Assembly (NCBI RefSeq): GCF_001194135.2
Contig: NC_068981.1
Coordinates: 4,387,745 to 4,451,744 of the forward strand
DNA length: 64,000 bases
Source: Octopus bimaculoides
Lineage: Eukaryota
Reading direction: 5' to 3'
Shown here: positions 12,016 to 24,272 of the stretch, piece by piece
How positions within the stretch are numbered: position 1 is the first letter of the stretch
Layout: every line of letters begins with the position of its first letter
Notes under the pieces: generated by a model
Told to the model about the DNA's origin: nothing
The model's input: the letters and a program-made list of their open reading frames with translations, nothing else
The model's database searches: none
Translations under genes and position numbers: made by a program

Positions 12016-12383
12016 CAGTGGTTCTCAACCAATTGTTTTACCTATGGACTTCTTTGGGTACTATTTTATCCTTGTGGACCCTCATAGCCATTCCACGTTT
12101 AAAAACTAGCTTTATAGATACTTTCAAAATTCCTATTTCGTTTTTGGCCCCCCTATGTTCACTTGTATGGCTTTGCAATAATAACACTCTCTGAGAGAAC
12201 AAGTTCCAGTGGCCGGAAATTCTGTAAAACATCAGAGAAAGAAACCAAGCTGTCTTTTGCAATAAATACATCAAAATCAAAAATGTTTTTTCATGGACCC
12301 TTCAAATACTACCGAGGATTCCCAATTTTGCTTGCACGAGCCCCCCATCCCAGGGTCATATGGACCCCAGTTGAGAACCCCTG
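12016..12383. mobile_element. hAT (Charlie-like) MITE
   Basis: TIRs CAGTGGTTCTCAAC / GTTGAGAACCCCTG; 8-bp flanks CTTGAAAG / CTCTAAAG (6 of 8 identical). Confidence 0.7.
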
Positions 12384-13072
12384 CTCTAAAGCATAAAATG
12401 TATTGAATTCTAACAACTGGTTATTAGTATCAGTATGTGTAAGTGATAATCATAAAATAAGTAGATATATCTCTTCATGTTTACAATAGAATAACGACAC
12501 TGAAGAGTGAGTGTGTGTGAGAGTGTGTGTGTGTGTGAGTGTGTGAGTGTGTGTGTGTATAAAATACTGCAAAGAAAAAGAAAAGAGCAGGGAAATAAAC
12601 GAGGTTTTGTAGAAGTCAAAAACCAATGGAAAATAGACGACTAAAAGAATGAATTGATAATGTGGATTTAAAATATATTGTGGTTGTGATGGTGGCGGCA
12701 TGTGATGTGGTGGTGGTGGTGGTGGACAATGTTGTAGTAGTAGTAGTAGTGGGTGTGATGTGGTGGTGATTGTTTAAAATGAGAGAAAAATGGCAGTTTT
12801 ATTATTATTATTGAAATCATTATTGTTGTTGTTGTTGAATTGAAGCAATCTCTAAAAGTCGTAGGGGCCTGAAACCAAAAAGGGAGTATTGGGGAGGGGT
12901 GTGTAGCTGGTTAGATAGAAGTAAAGGGTTATTATTTCTAGTAAGTAAATATACAGGGGATCATCTATTACAAAAGCATCTTCACCAAAAGAAGGGGAAA
13001 CAAAAAAAAGATTAAAATTTTCTTTTTTTAGACTGTGGTACATAAGATAACAACACTGAGTCAGACATTTTT

Positions 13073-13075
13073 ATA

Positions 13076-13149
<74 letters not shown>

Positions 13150-13160
13150 TAGATATACAT
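13073..13160. repeat. (TA)n microsatellite
   Basis: Long TA run visible directly. Others occur at ~178-213, 15470-15537, 33738-33808 and 51280-51305. Confidence 0.95.
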
Positions 13161-13788
13161 ATATAAACATGTGTGTATCTACATGTGTAGATATGTAAAC
13201 ACACAAATGCGTGTATATCTATGGAGACACTGTTCATTCACATGCACCGAATACAAAGTTTCAAGAAAATTTGCAAAAAAAAAAATTTTTTAAAAACTCA
13301 AAAAGAAACGTGAAAAAAAATAAAAAAATAAAATTGGGGTGAAGTTCGTTGGCTGATGATTTAGCTGGCCTCTAAAATAGACGGCTGGCTGGCGACGATG
13401 AGTAGTGGTGGTGGTGGTGTCAGTAAGAGATTAGATCACGGGAGGAGGAAGAGGAAACATGAGAAGATGAAGAGAAGGAAAGAAAGTAGGAGGCAAAAAG
13501 AGATGTGGTGTCACCAATTCCTTTTTTTTTTTAGATCTGCTGCTACCAGTTAGCTCCAGCATAGAAGTCCTGCTTCTCCAGTCAGCAGCTTGCAGCAATA
13601 CCACTGACCACTTTAGAACTTATCATTATAACTAGTATTATTATTATCATTACTGTTATCGTTATTATTATTATAATTATTATTACTGTTATCATTATAA
13701 TTATCAATTAAAATTATTATTATTATTATCGTTATTATTATAGGCACAACTGGGACAGTTCAACTAAAATAAGCAACCAGAAGGATTT

Positions 13789-14069
13789 TTAAGTCTCTTC
13801 CTCTGCCTCCTCCTCTTCATCCTCCTCGTCTTCTTCCTCATCATCCTCTTCATCTTCTTCGTCTTCTTCATCCTCATCTTCATCTTCGTCTTCCTCTTCG
13901 TCTTCATCGTCATCCTCTTCATTGTACATTAGATTGGAATTCTGCATGTCCGTGCTGTTCTGCAAGCCATCGTCTTTCTTCTTTTTCGACGTGGACACGG
14001 TCAAGTCAAGTGGAGTGTCTCCAAGACGCTTAGTTGGTTTCTTAAACATTTTGTCCTCTCCAACCAAAT
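13789..14069 (-). CDS. Terminal coding exon of an unidentified gene (PLDLT motif, KKKK, acidic tail)
   Basis: Acceptor TGTTTTAAATCTAG|. Reads (D)LVGEDKMFKKPTKRLGDTPLDLTVSTSKKKKDDGLQNSTDMQNSNLMYNEEDDDEDEEE...EEET*. The acidic tract uses mixed GAA/GAG/GAT/GAC codons rather than a pure repeat, and the phase matches the 20859-20952 exon. Confidence 0.75.
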
Positions 14070-14268
14070 CTAGATTTAAAACAAGAACAAAAACAGGTCA
14101 GCAAACACAGGCCAAAAGATTACCACATAAACAACAATGACAATCAACCCTTTACCATTTACACTGGCCATATCGGGGCCCAAATATTCTACATGTTTTG
14201 TTAGAGCTGGCCAATTCCAGCCTCTAACATCTACCATACAATGTTATTCTAAAAATATGCAATCACAT

Positions 14269-14950
14269 GTGACTGAAACCTTTGGAATGCAGTGTGTGAG
14301 AAGACCCGGCAAGCCAAATGAGACAATAATCCGAGGCCTCTGCCAGGGGTGTAGCCAGCCCACTTATGCATACCTTTCGTTCATTGGACACTAAACTCTG
14401 CTTGTGAAGACCTGTTGAGGCAAGTGAAATCAAAATCGAACTAAATTCAACGACTGGCACCCATGCCAACATTGTCTCCTTCATTGGACACATAACTCGG
14501 CTTGCGAAGACCTGTTGGGGCAAGTGAAATCGAAATCGAAATCGTACCAAATTCGATGACTGGCACCTGCCTGTGCCAGTGGAATGCTAACAGCACCGTC
14601 TGAGCGTGATCATTTCCAGAGCAGCCGTCTGGCTTCCGTGCCAGTGGCACATGAAAACACATTCGAGCGAGGTCATTGCCAGTGCTGATGGACTGGCTCC
14701 TGTGCAGGTGGCATGTAAAAAACACCTTTTTGAGCGTGACCGTTGCCAGTACCATGTGACTGGCCCTTGTGCCGGTGGCATGTAAAAGCACCCACTACAC
14801 TCCCAGAGTGGTTGGCATTAGGAAGGGCATCCAGCTGTAGAAACTCTGCCATAACAGATTGGAGCCTGGTGCAGCCATCCGGTTCACCAGTCCCCAGTCA
14901 AATTGTCCAACCCATGCTAGCATGGAAAGCGGACGTTAAACGATGATGAT
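14269..14950 (+). mobile_element. RTE LINE 3' end with ~100-bp duplication and tandem hairpin units
   Basis: GAGAAGACCCGGCAAG and following sequence match the post-stop region of the 7857-8587 element; ends (GAT)n. Confidence 0.75.
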
Positions 14951-15400
14951 CATCACTGAAATCTTGAAGCTACGAGATAATACAGGATGAATTCAAACCA
15001 ATTTGAATGGATAAGCATTATGTTCGACAAAGTAATCGGAATGATACAGGGTTAAACCACTCAACAAATGTCCGAATAAACTGATTTCCTCTTATCTTGG
15101 AACTGCTAGAAACCACAAAAAGTGGGCCAATTCTAAACGACCACAAAATGAAGTCATTTACTTCTGATCATGTTAACAATCAGATATGCTAATTTCTTCA
15201 AATGTATCTCCTTTTCATATTAGAATACATTTGTATTGGTTTAGGGCAGAAGGGGTTGACAAACTTCTTATATCATTGATCTCATCATGGAACCATTGAT
15301 AATTTATCGATCCCAACCCCTCATAAGGGGGAGAGTTGTATTTTCTCTGAAGCTTGATTTTATTAGCCAAAGTTAACTCTAAGATTAGAAAGAACTACAC

Positions 15401-15473
15401 CAGTGATTCCTGACCCTTTTATTTAAATGAGTTTGCCCATGGACCCCTTTTAATATGCTTATCCTTATGTATG

Positions 15474-15542
<69 letters not shown>

Positions 15543-15622
15543 CTTTGAATTTAGTTCACGGACCCCCAGTACTACCTTTGCAGACCACCAAGGGTCAGTG
15601 GAACCCAGGTTGAGAACCATTG
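15401..15622. mobile_element. hAT MITE with perfect 8-bp TSD
   Basis: AACTACAC at 15393-15400 and 15623-15630; ends CAGTGATTCC / TTGAGAACCATTG; internal (TA)n. Confidence 0.75.
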
Positions 15623-15947
15623 AACTACACTATCAGAATTGTGAAAGCATGGACTAAACTCCCCTCATCAGTTCTTAATCTGTCAGGACATTGCAGTCTC
15701 CAAAACTCCCCTGTTTCCCCAAATTTCTGCCTATCAACCCTTTCTTCTTTTTAAGACCCTTTTAATGTTCACCTTTCTGTCTTCTGTGACTCTTCATTTT
15801 TCTCTCTTATCCTGTGTGTTGTGAATGTACTTCTTAACAATAATAGGTTAAGACAGCAATGAAAGCTTTCTCTCTCCTCCTTTAACATTTACTACTGACA
15901 AGTCCTGTACCTAAGCACTCCATACAATAAGCTCATTATTATCTTAT

Positions 15948-16266
15948 TGTGAAGGCATGTGGCTTAAATGGTTAGGATATTCAGCTCAAAAACTTAAGGT
16001 CATGTGCTTGACACATTGTGTCCTTGAGCAAGACATTTCATTTCACGTTACTCCAGCCCACCCAGCTGGCAAAAATGAGTAGTCCCTGTATTTCAAAGGG
16101 CCAGCCTTGTCACATTCTGAGTCACACTGAATCACCCTGCGAGCTACATTAAGAGTACACATGTCTGTGGAGTGCTCAGCCACTTGCACGTTAATCTCAC
16201 AAGCAGGCTGTTCCATTAATTGGATCAACTGGAACACTCATCGTTGTAACCAACAGAACGCCAGTT
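15948..16266 (+). mobile_element. SINE head type B, long body
   Basis: tRNA-like head plus TGTGTCCTTGAGCAAGACA; the body is shared with 55325-55631(-) and 62370-62672(-). Confidence 0.75.
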
Positions 16267-16855
16267 TATTATTATTAATATTATTATTAAAAACTATATG
16301 CTATGAAGCATTTAGTCTCAATGTTTCCAGTTTTCAAAAAATTTAATCAGGTACCAGAATAAGATCTTAAAATTTCAACAGAATGTCTTCCCTGGCATAA
16401 ATAATTTTAGTACTGTTTTTATTCAACAGCTGGAAACACAAGCTAATTACTTAAATATGAAATAAGAGTAGTATCTGTTTATTAATNNNNNNNNNNNNNN
16501 NNNNNNNNNNNNNNNNNNNNNNNNNNNNNNNNNNNNNNNNNNNNNNNNNNNNNNNNNNNNNNNNNNNNNNNNNNNNNNNNNNNNNNNNNNNNNNNNNNNN
16601 NNNNNNNNNNNNNNNNNNNNNNNNNNNNNNNNNNNNNNNNNNNNNNNNNNNNNNNNNNNNNNNNNNNNNNNNNNNNNNNNNNNNNNNNNNNNNNNNNNNN
16701 NNNNNNNNNNNNNNNNNNNNNNNNNNNNNNNNNNNNNNNNNNNNNNNNNNNNNNNNNNNNNNNNNNNNNNNNNNNNNNNNNNNNNNNNNNNNNNNNNNNN
16801 NNNNNNNNNNNNNNNNNNNNNNTGACATGATCTGATATCGTGTACTGAAACGAAG

Positions 16856-17117
16856 ACAGTTGGAGTGTGGAAGGTGTTTATAAATCCTTTAAAAACATGC
16901 ATATAAATTTAATTTGTCAAAATATTTTCATCGTTTTGAAACCATGACCTGTTCACTGACAAAATTCCGTGCTGCATCTGGAATTTTGTCAGTGAACAGG
17001 TCGAAGTTGCAAAGTGACGAAAATATTTTGACAAATTAAATTTATATGTTGAAGTGAATCTTAACGGTGTTTGTGTGCTTTTAAATGGCTTATAAACACC
17101 TTCTACACTGCAACTGT
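16856..17117. repeat. Foldback inverted repeat (MITE-like)
   Basis: 16856-16968 pairs with 16980-17117 around an 11-nt loop GTGCTGCATCT, with some internal mismatches and an insertion in the right arm. Confidence 0.8.
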
Positions 17118-17489
17118 TTATATATATATATATATATACATAGATAGATAATATATCTTGCCTAAGAGCAACAACTCAAATGTCAAACTGGTGACCTTAT
17201 AGATTTCTAGTGAATAGTTGTACATTTAAGTTAATCACTCTTGTAACTGATATAAGAGAGGATTGAGAATATTCGAATATATCCAGCTCAAAGCAAATAA
17301 TTAGTTTAAAATGTTCAAATTCAACTCGTGTGCAACCAGGGTCAATAAATTCAACATCAGCAATAAAGGAATTTAATGTTTCTTGCCAGTTTTGCCTTTC
17401 ATTTCGATTCTTCTCGAATACAATAACGGAAGAGAGAATATCAATGAATATTCTGAGCACTGCTCAGGGCAGCTGCTCTTTCACTCTTT

Positions 17490-18130
17490 TATTTGTTTCA
17501 GCCATTTGACTGCAGCCATGCTGGAGCACCGCCTTTAGTCGAGCAAATCGACCCCAGGACTTATTCTTTGTAAGCCTATTACTTATTCTATCGGTCTCTT
17601 TTGCTGAACTGCTAAGTTATGGGGACGTAAACACACCAGCATCAGTTGTCAAGCGATGGTGAGGGGACAAACACAGACACACATACGGCACGTAAAAAGC
17701 ACCATTCAAGTGTGGTCGATGCCAGTGCCGGCTGACTGGTCCCATGCCGGTGGCGCATAAAAGGCACCATTTGAGCATGGTCATCGCTAGTGCCACCTGA
17801 CTGGCTCCTGTGTCAGAGGCATGTAAAAAGCACCATTCAATACCAGTACCGCTTAACTGGCTCTTGTGCCGGTGGCACGTGAAAAGCACCCACTACACTC
17901 TCAGAGTGGTTGGCATTAGGAAGGGCAGCCAGCAGTTGAAACTTTGCCAGCTCAGATTGGCATAATGCAAGGCACCCAGTCCATGCTGTATGGTGTTAGG
18001 AAGGGCATCCAGCTGTAGAAGCAAAGCCAAAGCAGACATGAGAGCTTGATGCAATCCTCTGGTTCACTGGTTCTTCCTGAACCATCCAATTCACACCAGC
18101 GTGGAAAATGGACATTCAATTCTGATAATA
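17490..18130. mobile_element. SINE A 3' half (-) abutting an RTE 3' end (+)
   Basis: 17490-17685 is the reverse complement of the family A tail; 17686-18130 contains hairpin units and the RTE terminus. Confidence 0.65.
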
Positions 18131-18874
18131 ATAATGACATTATATATCATGATTAACTATCAAAGTCTTCAGTTGAACATCCAACACTTGATCAATGATA
18201 CTCTATTCTACTCTACAAACATTTAATTTTATTTCATGCTGAATATCTGAAATCCTCTAAGAGTTTTATGACCAAATGAAAAGTCTATCATTAAATATTG
18301 GAATATTTTCTTCCCCATCATTCTGTCTTTCATGTACAGGGAAGCAAAACCAACATAAAGCCTAAACCCAGCATCATGTGTCTACACATGTTTCAAATGC
18401 TAAATCATTCACTATGCAAACATAGCTTTTATTATAAATATAATACTCAGCTCCTAAAAAAAAAAGATAATATTTAGTTCATACAAATCTCTTAATCCCT
18501 ATTAATAGTCCATCTCTACTGTCCAGGCAACACTCTTTACTCAGACTCCACTCCAAAAAGCTGGTGTCTGCACATCTGAGGATTTCATTCTCCCCCTATT
18601 TCAACTCCTTTAACCACCACTAACTCTTGAAGTGTAACAGATTCAAAACCGAGGCAGCCAAGCAGATATCACAATCAAACCACAGTACTTCCATGCGATT
18701 GGTCTATTAAGCATCCAATCAGCATCAAGCCATTGTGTGATTTGATTTTAGAGAACTTTCTCTTTAGGCCCTACCTAAAGGCAGTTTTAGGCAGTAATCA
18801 CAGAATGTTGAGGGAACCGCCTGATGTCTCTATTCTCATCTTCACATGCAACCAACTAAGACAGATGGCAGATA

Positions 18875-19210
18875 GCTTTTATCTTTGACTTGTTTCAGTC
18901 ACTAGGCTGTGGCCATGCTGGGGCACCACCCTGAAGAATTTATTGTTGAATAAATCGACACTGGCACTTATTTGTTTATTTTTCTTAAAGCCAGGTATTT
19001 ATTCTCTTTTGTTGAACCACTAATGTTACAGGGACGTAAACACACTAACACCAGTTGTCAAGTGGTGGTGGGGGACAAACACTGACACAAACATATATAT
19101 ACACACGATGGGCTTCTTTCAGTTTCAGTCTACCAAATCCACTCACAAGGTTTTGGTCAGCCTGAGGCAATGGTAGAAGAAACTTGCCCAAGGTGCCATG
19201 CAATGGGACT
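18875..19210 (-). mobile_element. SINE family A (diverged)
   Basis: Matches 2542-2909 over most of its length. Confidence 0.7.
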
Positions 19211-20282
19211 TACCACCAATATAGCATAATAATTTTCCATTTATGATGAGTCAGCCACAAATTGCTATATCAGTCGACTTGTCATAAATCCCGAGCTGTT
19301 TCCCACTCCCAGTGTGTAATTACTGTTGTTATTATTTGAAAAAAGACCAACAAAGTTAAAACACTAGGGGCAGTAATAAAATCTTTTGTTAATTGTTCAT
19401 GAATGATGTTAATTACTTCTACACACAGCCGAATACACTTTCCATTCACCAGCAACAACAGCAACTACCACACGCTTCACAGAAGCATTTCTCTTTCTCT
19501 ATCAATAACATCTCATTTCGCTCTTCTCTGAAATCATAATCCTTAATTAATCCAATCCTCACTACTTCTCTTGGCTTTCACACTTATCCCCATATTAATG
19601 TTACCTTTCACCTCCAAACCCAGCTGATAATAACTCTCTCTTGACCTACCGGCTCGTTTGACCATTGCCTTATTGGAATGATCTTGCTACAAATCCACAT
19701 TCTCTCCCTCCTCCAATGCCAGGGGATTTTTTTTTGAAAGTCAGCTGACTGGCTACAAAATTGCTGACTATTCCTCTTCCTGCTGTCTTCACCTGTGGCA
19801 GAATTGCACCAACACGAGACAGTGGCCTCTAGCGTATTTGATCTTTGGTAAGAGCTTTCCAAACAAGTCCCATACCACATGAAATCGAGCATCTTCAACA
19901 CCTGTGTTCTTCCAGTTAGTTTTATATGGCCTAGATTGTCAACTGGACTTCTGCTACACTAGAGAAACAGCAAGTCTTTCAGAATTATGTAATGCAAATT
20001 ATTAATAACACCAAACTCTCAGACTGTGTCAGAATGGAAGATCTAAGACAACTAAATTGCCACCAATCACCTTTGTCATCAAAAGTAAAGCACAGGTGTT
20101 TCATTTCTGACAAATGAAAAACAGATAGGTGGATGATGGAAACCATATCCAAGATTTAGACTTAGATCTGTCCTGACCCCAGGAACTTGACCCAGTTTCC
20201 ATTGCATATAAGTAACAACATACCTCCCCGACTGAATGGGATGCCAGTCCTTTATAGGGTTAACTTCCAAGTTATTGCTGGA

Positions 20283-20428
20283 ACCCATTTACAGCCGGGT
20301 GGACTGGAGTAATGTGAAATGAAGTGTTTTGATTAAGAACACAACACACTACCCAGTCTGGGAATTGAAACCACCATCTTGCGATTGTTAATGCAACACC
20401 CTAACCATTGGGCCATGTGCCTTCACTG
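20283..20428 (-). mobile_element. SINE head type B
   Basis: Reverse complement reads GTGAAGGCACATGGCCCAATGGTTAGGGTG...GGTTTCAATTCCCAG. Confidence 0.65.
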
Positions 20429-20858
20429 ACTCAAAAAAGAAAAAAAATCAAACTAAGACTACTAAGTCTATAAACACTAATAACCTACGGTGTACTTAGT
20501 TGTTAATAAGATTTATTTTTTAGTTATTTTTATAATTGATAATTACATTAAAATTTAAAACAATAAATATATAAAACTAAAAATTTCATAAAGTATGAAA
20601 CACAAGCTTTAAATTTACTTCCTTTCCTGTTTAAACTATCGTTTATTACACAGTGGTAGCTTCACTCCATGAACGGAATATTTTTTCCTTTATATTATAA
20701 AGAGGAAGATAAATTAAATGAGAAAGAATTTGTAGCATGTAGTAATTAGAAAACTACACACAGTTTAATTGCACAATGACTGTACACCACTATCGGTTAT
20801 AATAATTGCAACATATCCATACCAGTGTGGTGTATATTAAATGTAACATGTGACATAC

Positions 20859-20952
20859 CATCATTTTTGTCTTTTGTTTTGTTAGCTTCATCTTTTTTCG
20901 ACTGGTCATCTGTTTTCACTTCCTTGTCACCAGAGTCTTCTTTCCTGTCACC
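20859..20952 (-). CDS. Penultimate coding exon of the same minus-strand gene
   Basis: Acceptor CTGTAATTTTAG| and donor |GTATGT. The 94 nt read GDRKEDSGDKEVKTDDQSKKDEANKTKDKND+1 nt and join in frame to the 14069 exon (G|AT = Asp). Confidence 0.7.
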
Positions 20953-22444
20953 CTAAAATTACAGAAATATAAAAACAATCACTAGGACATGCACAAAGAG
21001 CTTTTCTGCCACAGAAATAACCAGTTTGTACACACAAAAGACAACAAATAAATGAATGAACTGACTTCACAAGATACGGAAAACATTTCAACTAGTTTCA
21101 TTGGTTCAGATTATTTGATGGCCAATTAGAATAATGGGGCTTAAACTCTTCTCTTTGCCAGAGAACATTGGCAAATAGGAATGTAGATGTTACAGTTAAA
21201 GAAAGAGGATTTTTACTTGCTAAATATAGAGACAGCAATCCTAGTTCATAATGGGACAGTTTGGGGCAGTCACTGTTCACTGTATGTAGACCACATGTTT
21301 CATGTACGGTAGGGTGTTACAGATATAACAGGAAATTCATGTGAATGGAGGTGGAATGGACTCAACCAGCTCTGAGGAGGTCATTCTAGTAGCAATAGGA
21401 AAGGCAGAGAGAGAGAGAGAGGACAGTGTACCTGTGGATTTGAGGCTGGAGAGGGTCTTTGAGTGACTTCATGCCAATCAGCTGGACGGAGTTTAAGAAG
21501 TTTGTGTGTGTGCAGCAAGAGAATCTCAGATGAGAAAGCAACATTCCATTGTCAGCCTCACCTAAGCTTTGTAAAGTGTTAATAATTGTGTGGGGGGGGG
21601 GGGCAGAAGTATGTTCTGAATCTGAGAAGGGTCAAGTGTTAGGATGTAGTCCTAGCTATGTTAAGGAGGTGCTTTCAACAGTAGAGGTCCTCAGTGATAG
21701 GGAGAACCAGCATTTGGAGTGATTGTGGGGCCTTTAGTTGTGTGTTGCTCATGTTTAAAGGTGTTGGTGTTTTTACATCCCCATAACTTAGTGATTTGGT
21801 AAAAGAGACCAATAGAATAACTATCAGGCTTTAAAAAAAAATAGATATTGGGGTTGATTCATTCAAGATGGTGCCCCAGTATGGCCGCAGTCTAACGACT
21901 GAAACAAGTAAAAGATAAAAGATAAAAGGTTCACTGCCTTTTGAATCAGCACAAGGAAGTGTGATGAAAGTGTGATGGAAGTGTATCATATTTCCTGATA
22001 TTGCCAATGGTGACAAAAAAGTAGACATGCAAAGGTACCTGCTATATGATGGGGTAACACTGGGTTTTTTCCCATATTTTGCTAGATAAAATGGAAACAT
22101 GTGTGACTGCCTGGTATCCTTTTTGTATTCCTTGATTTTTAATTCAAATTTCTAATCCCACCTGTAAAGAGATAATTACCTCCCTTCGCATAAATGATAA
22201 TCCACAAGGCTCTGTACGTAAATGAAAATAAAACTAATACAAATAAACCTCTTTTCTAAAAATGACTGAATATTTTTTAATGGAAAAACGTTTTTTTGGG
22301 AAAAAAGCATTAAGGATTCTAGCATAAAACCTAGAGACAAAATGTCCAGATTTAACCTACGTTATATGTGTAACACTTTATAATGTACTCATCAGTATTG
22401 TTTTCTTTCGGTGGACTTGAGCGTTTGTAAATTGATGTAGGGGC

Positions 22445-24272
22445 AGAATTGGTAGGGTACTATATAAAATAGTTGTGTGAGAGTAGAGAGTTGATAGAAT
22501 TGGTAGGGTACCATATAAAATAGTTGTGTGAGAGTAGAGAGTTGATAGAATTGGTAGGGTACCATATAAAATAGTTGTGTGAGGGGTAGAGGGTTGATAG
22601 AATTGGTAGGGTACCATATAAAATAGTTGTGTGAGGGTAGAGGGTTGATAGAATTGGTAGGGTACCATATAAAATAGTTGTGAGGGTAGAGAGTTGATAG
22701 AATTGGTAGGGTACCATATAAAATAGTTGTGTGAGGGGTANNNNNNNNNNNNNNNNNNNNNNNNNNNNNNNNNNNNNNNNNNNNNNNNNNNNNNNNNNNN
22801 NNNNNNNNNNNNNNNNNNNNNNNNNNNNNNNNNNNNNNNNNNNNNNNNNNNNNNNNNNNNNNNNNNNNNNNNNNNNNNNNNNNNNNNNNNNNNNNNNNNN
22901 NNNNNNNNNNNNNNNNNNNNNNNNNNNNNNNNNNNNNNNNNNNNNNNNNNNNNNNNNNNNNNNNNNNNNNNNNNNNNNNNNNNNNNNNNNNNNNNNNNNN
23001 NNNNNNNNNNNNNNNNNNNNNNNNNNNNNNNNNNNNNNNNNNNNNNNNNNNNNNNNNNNNNNNNNNNNNNNNNNNNNNNNNNNNNNNNNNNNNNNNNNNN
23101 NNNNNNNNNNNNNNNNNNNNNNNNNNNNNNNNNNNNNNNNNNNNNNNNNNNNNNNNNNNNNNNNNNNNNNNNNNNNNNNNNNNNNNNNNNNNNNNNNNNN
23201 NNNNNNNNNNNNNNNNNNNNNNNNNNNNNNNNNNNNNNNNNNNNNNNNNNNNNNNNNNNNNNNNNNNNNNNNNNNNNNNNNNNNNNNNNNNNNNNNNNNN
23301 NNNNNNNNNNNNNNNNNNNNNNNNNNNNNNNNNNNNNNNNNNNNNNNNNNNNNNNNNNNNNNNNNNNNNNNNNNNNNNNNNNNNNNNNNNNNNNNNNNNN
23401 NNNNNNNNNNNNNNNNNNNNNNNNNNNNNNNNNNNNNNNNNNNNNNNNNNNNNNNNNNNNNNNNNNNNNNNNNNNNNNNNNNNNNNNNNNNNNNNNNNNN
23501 NNNNNNNNNNNNNNNNNNNNNNNNNNNNNNNNNNNNNNNNNNNNNNNNNNNNNNNNNNNNNNNNNNNNNNNNNNNNNNNNNNNNNNNNNNNNNNNNNNNN
23601 NNNNNNNNNNNNNNNNNNNNNNNNNNNNNNNNNNNNNNNNNNNNNNNNNNNNNNNNNNNNNNNNNNNNNNNNNNNNNNNNNNNNNNNNNNNNNNNNNGTG
23701 AAGGTAGAGAGTTGATAGAATTGGTAGGGTACCATATAAAATAGTTGTGTGAGGGGTAGAGGGTTGATAGAATTGGTAGGGTACCATATAAAATAGTTGT
23801 GTGAGGGGTAGAGGGTTGATAGAATTGGTAGGGTACTATATAAAATAGTTGTGTGAGGGTAGAGGGTTGATAGAATTGGTAGGGTACCATATAAAATAGT
23901 TGTGTGAGGGCAGAGGGTTGATAGAATTGGTAGGGTACCATATAAAATAGTTGTGTGAAGGGCAGAGGGTTGATAGAATTGGTAAGGTACCATATAAAAT
24001 AGTTGTGTGAGGGTAGAGGGTTGATAGAATTGGTAGGGTACCATAATAGTTGTGTGAAGGGCAGAGGGTTGATAGAATTGGTAAGGTACCATATAAAATA
24101 GTTGTGTGAGGGGTAGAGGGTTGATAGAATTGGTAAGGTACCATATAAAATAGTTGTGTGAGGGTAGAGAGTTGATAGAATTGGTAGGGTACTATATAAA
24201 ATAGTTGTGTGAGGGGTAGAGGGTTGATAGAATTGGTAGGGTACTATATAAAATAGTTGTGTGAAGGGTAGA
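22445..24272. repeat. 51-52 bp minisatellite (interrupted by N gap 22741-23697)
   Basis: Unit GTGTGAGGG(G)TAGAGGGTTGATAGAATTGGTAGGGTACCATATAAAATAGTT; period measured at 22451, 22502, 22553 and 22605. Confidence 0.95.

Noticed and set aside
22378-24144. Repetitive MVPYQFYQPST.. ORFs resembling a tandem-repeat protein
   Set aside because: These are translations of the 51-52 bp minisatellite. Unit lengths alternate and shift frame, and there are no splice signals.
22445-24272. Possible CRISPR-like array
   Set aside because: The units are contiguous tandem copies with no unique spacers, the context is eukaryotic, and there are no cas genes.
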